64,000 bases of DNA from NCBI GenBank assembly GCA_976226885.1, contig OZ320317.1, forward strand, positions 60,202,001 through 60,266,000, in the 5' to 3' direction. Numbering within the stretch: the first letter of the stretch is position 1; each line of letters opens with the position of its first letter. The translations under genes were made by a program, and so were the position numbers. Below the pieces are notes generated by a model. The model was not told the origin of the DNA. It made no database searches and was given only the letters and a program-made list of their open reading frames with translations. Below are positions 1 to 12,300 of this stretch, in pieces. This stretch comes from Iphione sp. A-MEVVRFRX5 (Eukaryota).

Positions 1-1
1 G

Positions 2-3000
2 CTAGCCCCGGAGAGGATGGAAGGCGCCGGCGTGTACTATCTTATCATTGATACCCCGGGTAGGCATTCTTAAGCCCCACACGTCCATCTCTGTAATGTG
101 TAACGTTAACGGATACATTAAATATTGACTGGCTGGTAATCTTAATGATAGCATAGTGGTGTGTTTGTGCGCCTGTAAACAGCCAGATTTACGTAAATCT
201 AAAAGTGTATATTATATAAATTGTATTTAAACTCCCAAACCTTTTCATGGTGGCAATCTACGATGCGTAGTCGACAGGAGCATTCATATGAATAAATATA
301 TGTATACATGTTTGCTGAAGTCAGCGCCTAATGTGCATTGGTTCCTGCAGTCCCTCTGCGTCAGAAGCGCTCTCTTGCGGACTCCGAGAACACTACCGAC
401 AGTGGAAACACAACGAACGCCGGCCTTTCCTACTCGGTGACTTTGACAACCTCAGCTTGCCGTACATTAGATACAAGCACGAACACATGGACGACAACTG
501 GTTGCTCCGTACGTACCAATGTATTTTCTTTGAACTTTCGATAAAGGAACCCTCTTCCCTCCCAAAGGAACCTCGGTATGTTTACCTGAATTTCGTTCGT
601 TTGAAATGATTTATGAATGTATGTTTCCGTTTTTCATTGAGTTCTTCTTCATGAACATGTTTATCGAAGTCTTTGTATTAGTATATTCTAACAACCCTTC
701 GATAAAATCGTGCATACATGGGTAATATAAATATTAAGTTCACTCATCAAATGTCAGATCCATAAGTGCATTGGATGCAACCTGAAATCACTTGTGTTAC
801 AAAACGTCTCGTTTTCCTTTCCACGCACATATGTGGATGTGCATGTAATTGTAATTACGTGTACGAGGATGTAATATGTTTTCGATAACATCCTGTAGGT
901 GGGTGCATGATCTACCGTCGACCGCATCAGTGTTCCTCCTAGCCAGCAGCCGACCGGAAGTCGTTTGGCGTTACCTTCATCATACCACAACAACAGTTCA
1001 TTGTCGCTTGCACTCATATCTGTGCATGTATTTGTAATTAGTTTACCAGGATGTAACGTGTTTTCTATAACATCCCGCAGGTGGGTGCAGGATCTACCAT
1101 CGACCACACCGAGTGCTCCTGTCAACCCACCGCCGATCGCAAGTCGTTCGGCGTGAGCTTCATCGCGCCACCAAATCTAATCGACTTCTCCACCGTCTTC
1201 GCCAAGTTCGCGCAGCTCGCCGACAATGCAGCCGTCTTCTCTACGGTAGCTGCTTTGCTGGGGGTATACGTCCTGCTGGCAGTCTGGGCGCATAGGCAAG
1301 ACACCAAGGACCGGTTGTGGGTAGGTCTCGCTCTCAGGCAAATCGTGTGTTCTCTACATCATCGTGTGCTATACATGCATGACCACTGCTTCTAGGCATG
1401 CTAAATGTCGGTCATTTCCTATATCCGATACATTGGGACGTTCGCACAGTCATACATTTGACGCTATCAGTGACCCATGCATATTTCAGAAGTGATGAAA
1501 GTTGTTACTATAAAATTGTCTGGAAATACTCAAGCAATCTAAGATTTAGTCATCTTCTATAACCTGAGGCTTTGGTAAAACCTCTTCATCAATTTACCTA
1601 CATCGTCATCCTGACATTTACTACATGCACTTGGCGTAGTTACATCGTCACTAACGATTAATATTTAATATATTCATGTCGAGAGATTTTCTTAATCACT
1701 TATGGCCAGTTTCCCATTCGAGCGAGCTTATCTATTGACACCCCGCCTTGGCTGAGGGGTCGTCTTGCAGGGTGGTGATCATTCCAAACCTTATCTTCAG
1801 AGACTCGAGATTAGGGGAGGAACACTTGAGGCGTAGTAGTATACAAAAATACCATTTGAAGCATGGGTTAATAAGAATAAGATATTAAATAAACTGGTTA
1901 ATACTTAAATTTCAGAAAAAAAGAATGACACAAGTAAAGCATAAATCAATTTTCTATAACAATTAAAATAAGTACCTCACAATCTTATGATCTCTCGAAT
2001 ATATCATAGTTGTACTTTAATGATAGATGTCTAGTAATACAGTACAAATTCATTTGTTTATCCCTAGAGAAGTAAGGGATATATTGTAGTAAGGCTAAGA
2101 GAGATTAAGATGACTACATACCAATTATATACTGTAATTATTATGTTGTTATGGCCTGGCAATATTTTTTAGCCTGGGAAAATAAAAGTATAAAAAAAAA
2201 ATTAATTAATTTCTTTACTCCCACACCCCTGAGAAGGTTACTGCGTGACACTCACAGGTTTATGTAATAGGTTTAGCTACATGCATATAGTTGTCATGCT
2301 GGAGGTGGTGTACTTGGAGGGTCCTTTTATGAATAATCACTCTCTGGAGCATTATCCACCTGCCTTGGCCAATTCTACCCCTTCCATGTTCCTCCAGCTC
2401 CACAAATAGTCCAAAATCGTCCATGAATAATATCAAAATGAACACCTAACAGGTACTACTGATTCCCCCAAGACACCTCTAGACCATGCTCAGCATTCGC
2501 AGGCTTATCTATGACACGGACTGAATGGGAAACCCTCTGTCTTGGCATTGAGATTGGCGTCTACCTCAGAAAGATAAGGCTGCGCGAATGGGAACCACTC
2601 CAACCAAGCCAGGGATCTTTCCGATCACCTGAGCCCACACGCAGGTGAATGGGAAACCGGCCATTAAACCCACAATTTCTTACACAGGCTGAAATGAAGC
2701 CTCTCTCGGACAACCACCCTGCTGACCATGCAGTCTACATCGTCACAGTAGAAACAGGATACAAGATCTCTGCTGGTACATCTGCCAATGTCGCCTTCGT
2801 TATAGCCGGCAGTTACGGAGACACGGGCATGCGTAGTTTATCAGCCGAGGGAGAAATGGTAAATGTCCAGCTGATACATTTTGGACTTGCCTTACGATAG
2901 CATACCAAAGCGGCCTCTACTGCTTCTCTCAGTGTAGTGGCTTCATGTTTTAAATCATCTCCTCGATCGTGTAGAGATTTCAGCAATCAAACGCTGCACT

Positions 3001-6000
3001 TTTGAACTTTAGTGTCCTTTTGCTATACATCTATCCTGAAGTGTAGGCATTTAGGTCTGAAGGCAAATAGTAATACATGTCAAACAGTAATACAGGACAA
3101 TGTATTATGAAAAGATACTTCATTGATATTCACACGTTTTGATAGCCTTTCAACATGAGAATAATTGGTAAGTTCGTGTTAAATTTAAAGCAGGTATTCC
3201 CCCGTGGAAAGTCGCTAACCTTCTACGTTACCACGCCTGTCCACCTCGGGCAGGTGAAAACACTCCGGATTTGGCACGACGGGCTAAAAGGTGGCCGTAG
3301 CAACGCTTGGTACCTCAATAAGATCACTGTAGAGGACCCACAGGAGAATAAAACGTAAGCTTTTCTTTGTTTGAATTGGCCTTTTATTCAGTATATTAGG
3401 AAAAGATAATATTATGGCCATATTATTGACAGTTCAATCCCCATTATGTAGTTGGCAAATCAGGTAAGAGTCCATGAAATAGAAGAGATCTTAAATGAGA
3501 GAATTTGAATTATATAACAGAAAGATATGACTCGGAACATCTCTTCAATGCCTACATTTTCAATAAGATTTAAAGGTGTTCATTGTATGTCCATTGATAG
3601 TTTAAGTTTCAATAAGCATATGGGCATTTGAATTAGAGTGTTCTTAATACCAGCCACACTTTTACATGGGAACAATAGCATTATAGTTACGAATTTAGAA
3701 GTACAGTGTATATGTATATCCTGTGTGTTACATTATCGTATACCCTATTGCTGTAAGATATTCAAAGTTTCTTTTAACTAATTTGACTGCACCTTTCCAT
3801 TTTTCTCCTCAAATGTGAATAACATATCTGCTAATGTAAGCCCCCCCCCCAAAAAAAATAGGTGTGTTTCAGGTAACAGCCACCCAAAAACTTAGGTAGG
3901 GAGGGAGGTATCTTTTTTTATTTTTTCTTCCCACTTTCATCCTCTGGATTTCAATAATAAAGATAACATGAATAATTTTGTCCAATTTGCAGTTTTTTGC
4001 TGAATTTCCATGGATTTGCTTGTTTTTCTATTGAATTTACCAAAAACATATTCCGTGAAAACATGTATCTAATGAAATTCAGCCTTGGAAACTCAAAAAA
4101 ATTTAGGTAGGGTGAAGTTATCAGAAACACACCTAGTTTTTTGGCCTAACATGAAAGCATCTCTATTCCTTTGTGTTTCAACCAAATGACATAGATTAGG
4201 TGCCTTTTTTATTACCTGTACAGGTACACCTTCCTTTGTAACCAGTGGTTGGCCATTGATCGTGGAGATGGGCACCTGGAGCGGATCCTGTCGGCAGCCT
4301 CGCACCAAGAGACGACACGCTTCTCTTACTTGTTTGGACAAAATTCGCGCATCAAGTTGGCAGAGCACCATATGTGGGCCTCCGTCTTCTATATGCCTAT
4401 TAGGTATGGTCAAAGTATAGGCGTGGACACCCGTGTATATATAAGTGGCACGAACTGAGAGGTTGTGTTATACACGCCCTAAGAACAATGTTGGAGCAGT
4501 TGGCAGTAATTGCACGAGGAAGCTGGTCTTAGATATAGGCATCCTTGTAGAACAATTAGTTGGTCTCTCAAATAACAAAGCGGAAAACGAACATGTATAC
4601 GCATCTGAAGTGGCCATTTGCAGCACGAACAGATAAGATGCCAGGGCATTGCACAGTTTGAATTATCCAAAAATCATTCATTGCACATGTATATTATCTA
4701 CAGATGTATTATGTCAACACGAACAAGCCTGCCTGTTCTGAACTTCATCTCCTTTTTTCTATTGCAGGACTAACTTCACGCGGGTGCAGCGGCTGTCCTG
4801 TTGTCTCTGCTTCCTCTTCCTGTCGATGATCACATCCGCCATGTTTTACAGGACGGAGGACAATGTAGAGCGACCTCAAGTAGTTAGGCTGGGTCCCTTC
4901 TCCTTCTCCACCCAGGAGCTGTTTGTCAGCATCATAACTATGCTGATAGTCTTTCCCGTCAATATCCTCATAATACAAATTTTCAGGAAGACTCGCACCG
5001 TTGATCAACCCTGCCAGCGGAAGGACAAGATCGCAGGGCAGGATGCGTGGGCCAACGTAACCTCCACCACGTCCCTCTCCCTCTTGACGTCCGACTCCGC
5101 TAGCCAGAGTACAGGTAAGGTGGACATTTTAAGATGCATGTCAATTGTAGTTGTTTGCTCTTTCTTTATTAATAATGGTCTGCAATTTTTGAAAGGCCTG
5201 CTTCATATGTGTACATGTGTACAGAAAGGTCCATATATACATGAGATAGTTATGTACATATTTATGTGGTTATATAGATATAAATTTACCTGTACGTCTA
5301 CATGTATTATAATGCATGTATGTATATTCAATGTATCTATGTTGCGTGCACGAATTTAAATTATATACACAATAGTCAAAATTGTTCATGGTACTCTGAG
5401 GCATGATAGAGAAGGAGGATCCTTACCAATCACATTCGCCTATTCAGTACTGTTCAGTATTCAGTACCAGAGAAGAGCTACACATGGTATGCAGTACTTC
5501 CTGTTGCACCTAAACCCTATGTATAAGTGTGATTTTTGATCTTTTGAAACGTTCACATAATAGGAAATAGATTTTATTTTATATGACAGAATAATGATAA
5601 AGAAGTAGGTGCAACTACCTTTAGATCAAGTACTTACATCTAAACTTTTCTTAGTTTCTTTAAAGCAAGCCTGAGATTCTCAAAGGAATATGTGCTGACT
5701 CCCAGCCTATCACCCATTCTTTACTTCTATAGCACAATATATTTTTGCAAAAAAAACATAACTTTAAAGGGGATTTGGATTTTCTTCTTAATTATTTTTC
5801 ATTTATTAATTGATTCATAAATGAAATAAAGATAAGAGATTTAATTGATTTTTTTGATACACACAAAATCAGCTTTGATAACCCTTTGTTTGACCTAGAA
5901 ACAGAAGTGTACTGCTGCCTGCTGGGATAGTGCTGATTGGGTCTATAAAGAATCTTTCACCATGTGCAACTGTGTCCGGGTCTACGTATTTATCCATACT

Positions 6001-9000
6001 TACCCTTACAGAGGCTAAGGGGGACAAGCTATGGCCAAGTTGGCTCCGAGTCGTCGCCTGGATGCTACTCGCTCTGTCTGTGGTGACCTCTGCCTTCTTC
6101 GTCATCCTGTACAGTCTGGACTGGGGGGCAGAGAAAGCCAACCAATGGTTAACCGCCTTCGTGCTGTCGTTCATTGAACAAGTATTCTTTATGGATCCTA
6201 TTAAAGTAAGAGCAGTCTACGTGTACCTCGCCTGTTCTAAAATAATTCTATAGAATAGTAAATATCAAAGAAAAGGTGAACTGCATCACATACAATGAAA
6301 CCCCTCTACTAAGGACACCCTTTATAAAGGACACCTCTCTTTATGGATACTTGTCGGTCAGTCACTTTGCTGTCCATAGTAGAGACCTTCCACTGTATAC
6401 ATAGGTTAGAAAAGAAAAGACAACCAGGAAATACAATAACAAAGTATGTGGTTGCTCTGAAAATGTAAATGTATTGCTTTTCCACCGCTGTAAACGTTTC
6501 GTACCAGGAGTAATCTGTTGTTTGTTTCTTTTGTTTTCTTTTAGGTGTTTGCCATTGCTCTTTTTGTTACATTCTTACTTCGTAAAACTGCCGTGGAGAA
6601 AAATGACGAGACTACACCGGTAGATGATTTCAACGAGCTTGAAACAGGTAAGCAGTTTTCATTATCATCTTGTATGGAAAATTAGGTCTTGAGTAGTCAA
6701 TGACAACGAAATAATCACATAGGATTTGATCGTAAATTATCTACTACATGTCCTTCCTTTCTTTCTCCAAGTTGGATTAGGAAGATGAAGGCAGTATTGG
6801 TACGTATACAAAATGCACATAGTAACCTAAGCTAGGAAAAAGAGCGATTAAGCATTCCGTGCTGTAATATTCTAATCGCCCCCATTATCGCCTCCAGTAA
6901 TCCTGACTCAGGAGGAGATACTGGAGAGACGCCGCCAGGAGGAGCTGACGCGGACTGCCGCGCGTTCGTTGGCACGTGACACTGTGATGGTATGCCTCCT
7001 GGGCGTGCTCGTCTTCAGCTTGAGTTACATCACCGCCGACACCAACAGTTTTAATGTCCGTACATCTATCAAGTCCGCCATGTTGGACGGTAGCAGCGGT
7101 TTTCTCAACGGCGTAAGTTCATTTAGACCGTTACATCAAGAGGCTGCGAAGAATTTCCCGACACTTCTTACAGCCAACTATTCGCATCGGTATAAATACA
7201 TGTATCTGTGTAGCAAACATAGTTAAATGTAAATGTTGCAGTATTCCTCTTCTACAGCGAAATATATGTGATTAGTTAATCTGTCATGGTTAACTGGCGA
7301 GAGTGATTCATAGTATTTGTCATAGAAATTCAGGACGCTAAATCACCCTCTGCAGCAATATGTGTACACAAATACACGTACATTTACATGTACATGTATA
7401 CATGTGTACCTCTCCACACAGGGTGTTTGATTGGCGCATTCGGATTTCTATGTGCCTTCATGGAGAATTAAGCTTAGGAACAGGATCCACTATGCTTTGA
7501 ATATCTTTAAGAAGAGGAAATTACAACATTTGTTAAAACAATTCCTATGATATAATTGCAATATCCAAAACATATTTATGTTTAATACTGACAGTTGAAT
7601 ATATCATATCTCAGCCACCCATGTCTACTTGATGACCTGCAGGTCTACGACCAAAAGTCGTACTTCACGTGGCTGCAGACCGTCTTCCTGCCCAACTTCT
7701 TCGTCGAGACAGACGTAAACGGAGCTCGTCTCTCATGGCGTGAGCGTCGTTTTCTGTCAGACCGCGCTTCGCATCGTCTGGGCCCGGCTCGTCTGCGCCA
7801 GCTGCGGTGGAGCACTGGTAAGTGCGTCCGGCATTGTGAATAGACAGGCAGTCCGACACACAATGGAGTGGACCACCTGGATAATACAAACTTAAAATAT
7901 TTAGTCTCTACGATATTTAGATTTGGACCAAAAACGGTGATTATGAAAAAATATGTAAAATAAAATCCCTGTCTGACGGATGTACTTCACTTCATTTTTT
8001 TGTGCAGAATTGTCAAGATCACTGTAGACTTTCCTTCCTTTTTTACCTGGATAAACTTTTTTTTCGATTTGAGTAAATTTTCTCTTTAGTCCAAGAATTA
8101 TAAGTGCATGTATTGACAACAGAGTGGAGTCTATGCATTCATTTTTCCCCACAGTTAATTGCACTCAAGCGCTCAAGCCTTGCCTCTCGGACCTCCCGAA
8201 CCACGCCCCATTCGGTCAAGCCATCGATTCAAGCACATCTGCGAGTCAGACGTCCACAGCCTGGAAATACAGCCCCCCTGACAGCGGCGTGAGGACCTCC
8301 GGCCGCTTGGCCGACTACCCGGCCGGCGGCTACATCTGCCAGCTGGGCGTGAGCAGTGCGGCGTCGCAGGCGCGCATAGACGAGCTGCTCGCTGGAATCT
8401 GGCTCGACCGATGGACGCGAGCCGTAATACTGGAGTTCAACATCTACAACGCCAATGTCAACCTCCTGGCGCGCACCGCGCTTGTCGCTGAGTTTCCGTC
8501 CACAGGGGGCGCCCTGACGTCGGGTAATATTGACGTCTTCCGGGTGCATGCCGTCGGCTTGAACGGCATCTACACACGGGTGTGCGAGGTGCTCTTCGCT
8601 CTCATGACACTTTACAACTTGATCATGCTGCTCATTACCGTCATCCGTGAGAAATGCCGGCCCGAGCTTGGCTTCCTATTGCTCATGGACGTCAGTATTA
8701 TGTTCACGTCGCTCTACATGGTGGTTATTTTCGCCGTGCGTTTTGTCACCATGGCCGAGGTGATGGAGCAGTATCGCGCCCAGCCGCTCGTCTTCGTCGA
8801 CTTTGGCGCCAGCGCGTGGTACGACCGGCTCTACCGCGACGGCTGGGGCTTCATGACGCTCTTCGTCACGCTCAAACTATGCGCCTTACTGCGCCTCAAC
8901 CAGCGTTTCGCCCGGCTGGGTTACATCCTGCGCCACATGGTGCGGCCCATGCTGCACTACGTGTGCCAGTCGTCCATCCTGTTCGTCGCCTTCCTCACCA

Positions 9001-9335
9001 CTGCCTACCTGTGGTATGGCCGCAGCGTCTACGATCTCTCCAACCCCACGCGCGTGGCCACCTCGCTGCTGTTGGTGGCGCTCGGCTCCTTCGATGTGCT
9101 CGACGAGATGCTGGCCGTCGACCGACTCTTCACCTACTTCTTCTTCTCCATGCTCGTCATCATGGTCAACCTGGTACTCGCCAACACGCTCGTCTCCGTC
9201 GTCCTCGACAGCCACGATACCTTCGTCGATGCCGATCTTTTGTGTAGCAAGGACTACGAACTCATCAGGTTCCTGAAAAACGACGTGCATTCGTTCATTA
9301 GCAAGCATATCAGGCCGAAGGAGGACTCGGATTAA
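2..9335 (+). CDS. Polycystin-1-like (PKD1L family) gene, 3' portion, spliced; 5' end lies outside the window
   Basis: Manually joined GT-AG exons with compatible phases: <1-59, 351-508, 1081-1320, 2688-2858, 3194-3354, 4224-4403, 4768-5114, 6012-6205, 6545-6647, 6898-7112, 7643-7817, 8155-9335(TAA). The joined protein has a GPS-like segment (C..W...GC-V...CSC...F), TM1, a PLAT domain (YIVTVETG..AGTSANV; LRIWHDG; WYLNKITV; CNQWLAIDRGDG), FTRVQRLSCC, RLGPARLRQLR and a polycystin channel domain (Y..GGY; WLDRWTRAVILEF). Confidence 0.93.
835..990 (+). repeat. Decayed tandem duplicate (182-bp period) of the intron end and 5' part of PKD1L exon 1081-1320
   Basis: The copy reads tcctgtag|GTGGGTGCATGATCTACCGTCGACC..AAGTCGTTTGGCGTTACCTTCATC at 899. 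The real exon reads cccgcag|GTGGGTGCAGGATCTACCATCGACC..AAGTCGTTCGGCGTGAGCTTCATC at 1081. The copy has TGA at codon 4. Confidence 0.85.
1702..2664. mobile_element. Candidate non-autonomous TIR element in a PKD1L intron
   Basis: ATGGCCAGTTTCCCATTC (1702-1719) is an inverted repeat of GAATGGGAAACCGGCCAT (2647-2664) with 1 mismatch. There is no clean TSD and no transposase. Confidence 0.45.
3838..4150. mobile_element. Member of a dispersed MITE-like family (TAAGGCC / GTGTTTC..GGTAAC / GGTAGGGT motifs); related copies near 9540-9824, 52000-52080 and 55150-55266
   Basis: The terminal motifs AAAAAATAGGTGTGTTTC..GGTAAC..AGGTAGG and the inverted AGGTAGGGT..AGAAACACACCTA.TTTTTTGGCC recur at several loci in the window. 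Confidence 0.6.
6291..6397. mobile_element. Short TA-flanked Tc1/mariner-type MITE
   Basis: TA|CAATGAAACCCCTCTACT ... AGTAGAGACCTTCCACTG|TA: imperfect TIRs with TA on both sides. Confidence 0.55.
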
Positions 9336-12300
9336 CGTTCCCCAATGTGGGCAAGTGCCTGTGAGACCTGCAGGGTGTTACAGAGCGTTTTCCAGGAGCG
9401 GACGTTTGTTTTGCTGGATAGTGAATAAATCTTGTAGGAATTATATATATATATTTACTCGAGATGATTATAAGCGCTCCTACCTTACGGACATGTTTGT
9501 ACATGTCGGAAACAGTCGTGCATATTGGACACAACTAGGCGTAAACAAAAAATATCTGTGTTTCGGTAACCTGACCGACCCTTCATTAGAGCTAATCATG
9601 ACTTTTTTCTTCTTTTCTGAATAACTTTAGAAAGAATGATGATAGAAACATGCTAAACGGCAGTTTCCCCTTAGGTAATTAGGTTTGATTTGATATACGT
9701 TTCATTCAAATTGAAGCAGTATAGAAGTGAAATAACCATACACATTTCTTCCTGTTGCTATGAATTAGCATACCGACCGACCCTATATATTTTGAACATG
9801 ATACCGGAAGATTTCTTTAGGCCTTAGCATTGCATGATGAGAATATATTTACATTCATGTGATATTCTTATGCACAGGCCTTTGTTGATTTTTAGTATAT
9901 TACAAGTCACATGATCTGAATGGCCACTAGTCTAAATCGACTGGTGCTGGTCACTAGGGAACATTAGCATTGGTCACAGGATTGTGTAAAGTTGCATTTA
10001 TAACTTAAAGGGAAGTCGGATTTGTGCCGATGAACATAGAGAAAACTCTTGAGTATAATTAATTGGTCGAGATATATGTAGCCGCTACAGGCTTCAAATT
10101 TTACTTTTGGGATTACTGACCATCAGGGTCAGTCGGAAATTATTCTAAACCACGCCATTTTTTCTTGGGAAAATTAGTTGACCCATACAATAAAGTTTAC
10201 TAATCACTGGGTGAGTACACAGTTCGAATCCTGTACATGTAGTTTGCTATGGTAAATGGACTGCCATGATGATACATGTGTCTGCTTCGATAATCGGGAT
10301 TACTGTAGCGTTCTTCAAGAGTCGTTAGTACGAAGTGGTTACGTTTGACACCGTTCTTTATTTTGGAGTCATTGTCTATTAGTCAAAACTGTTATCTCTT
10401 AATACTCGTTGTTGTCTTTTATTATAGTTGTACGTTATTGAAATAGTTGTTTACATAAGTTAAACAATCTTTAGCTCACGATTGGAAAAGAAAAGACAAT
10501 GTATTTTCTCTTGGGTATAATTTATTTATTGATATAGCATCGTGCATTATGAAAGATGACATTTAAACACAAACTATAAGTTTTTCTTGCATACATAAAA
10601 ACCTGTAATGCATTTCAAAGTTGAGTCAATTTCAATTGAGCGTACTCTGCTATACACGGTCAGAAAACATTTATACTGATAATGAAGAATAAGAGATACA
10701 GTCAGCAGAAAACAACAGTACCTGATTGACACGTCAGTAACCATACATGCTGGTTAACAGCAGGATTCTATACCGAACTTCTAGGATTGAGGTGGGAAAT
10801 GGAAGAGATAGTGTTACATGACTAACAAAGGACATCTTTCCGCCTACGATGACACAATACGTAACGGGAAAGAAAAAAATCATCTGGCAAAGTTGGCATA
10901 CAGAATACAACGCCGCCCTTGAGGTATATAGAGATATGCATCAGATATCCTGTTGAGTATATAAAGGAACCATAACCACAAACGCACGCGAAACTGGGAT
11001 GGATGATTACATCAGCAAGATAGTTTCCAAGGTAAATGACTTGACAACATGCTATCATTTATATCGTGTAAAGATATACAGTTCACAAGCCGAGGTGGAT
11101 AACGAGACAAGGGAATCGGTTAAACTGTTCTATTTCGTCTACTTTACTACATGTATCTATTGATGGTGAATAGTGTGTGGCGAATCCAGGAGACCGTCAG
11201 TGGCTGGTTTCACTTAGGGCGAAACAAGTGCAGATTCTCATTGTGACGGGTTCTTGAACCCCTTTTCCAAAAGGAGACAGATACGTCTAATGTGAATATG
11301 TACATGCATATCGACTTATGCTTCTCATATTGAGTCTCTACTGCGAAATTTCTTTGACATTTCTCTAAAGATATAGCTCTGTGGAAGTCAGCCATCCTAT
11401 CTCTGGATTTGACCACGAATGCATCTCATCGACATATGTTTATAGGTGGGTACATGTATTTGGTGCCTTGATATAACCAAGGGATGCGTATATCATTCCA
11501 GGATGCTTTAGACAGCCTTGAAATTATGCAAACACTCTCTTCTTTGACGAGTAGGTTCTGCAGTGTACATAAATCTCGATGAACCCACACAATGTTCACC
11601 TAGTTAAACATTTCTCTTGGCCATGAATATTCGTTATTAACTATTGTGTTAATACATTTGTTTTGTAGATTATACAGTGTGATAAAAACCCATATTGAGC
11701 ACGAGCATTTATGTAGAATAAGAAATGTTGGGTTGAACAACAAATCATGAAAATTTAGGTCTTTCAAACTCGTTTTGTTGATTTAGTATCGTAAGGAAAC
11801 CTGCATGCTTTCTCGAGCTTTGCTCAACATGCACGTATTGATCGCTATGTATCTGTGATATGAAGACCGTTTTCTTGAATGTATTGGTAGACCAATAAAC
11901 TCTTTTACTCGTTACGTGTCTGCTGGTTGTTGGTAGAGATACTGAAAATCTTATAAATTATTACAATTTGCAATGGGTTGTATAATTGGTTATACCAACT
12001 GGTCCACTCCCCTAAGATATCTTAATACACACTTCTGGGGCGGGTCAAGAAGCATCAGAGGTAGATAAAAATCTGCATTCTGAGAAGTCTGGTCTCCTCC
12101 GTCCAGGTATTATTCTACTCGGGGACCTTTTGCAGATTTCTCGGAAGGTGGCATTAAAAGCAATAAGAAACGAGTTGGCATCCCACCTTGTGGGCGGCGT
12201 ACATCTATGTATTACTTAATTATTACGATGCTCAACGAATTTTACCCACTAATTCCCGCCTTAATAAAACAAGATAGCAGCACGAAGCCGTGAAATGACA

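Noticed and set aside
8229-9308. Overlapping and antisense ORFs over the PKD1L last exon (also over the sulfatase)
   Set aside because: These are shadow ORFs expected from GC3-rich coding sequence and carry no recognisable motifs.
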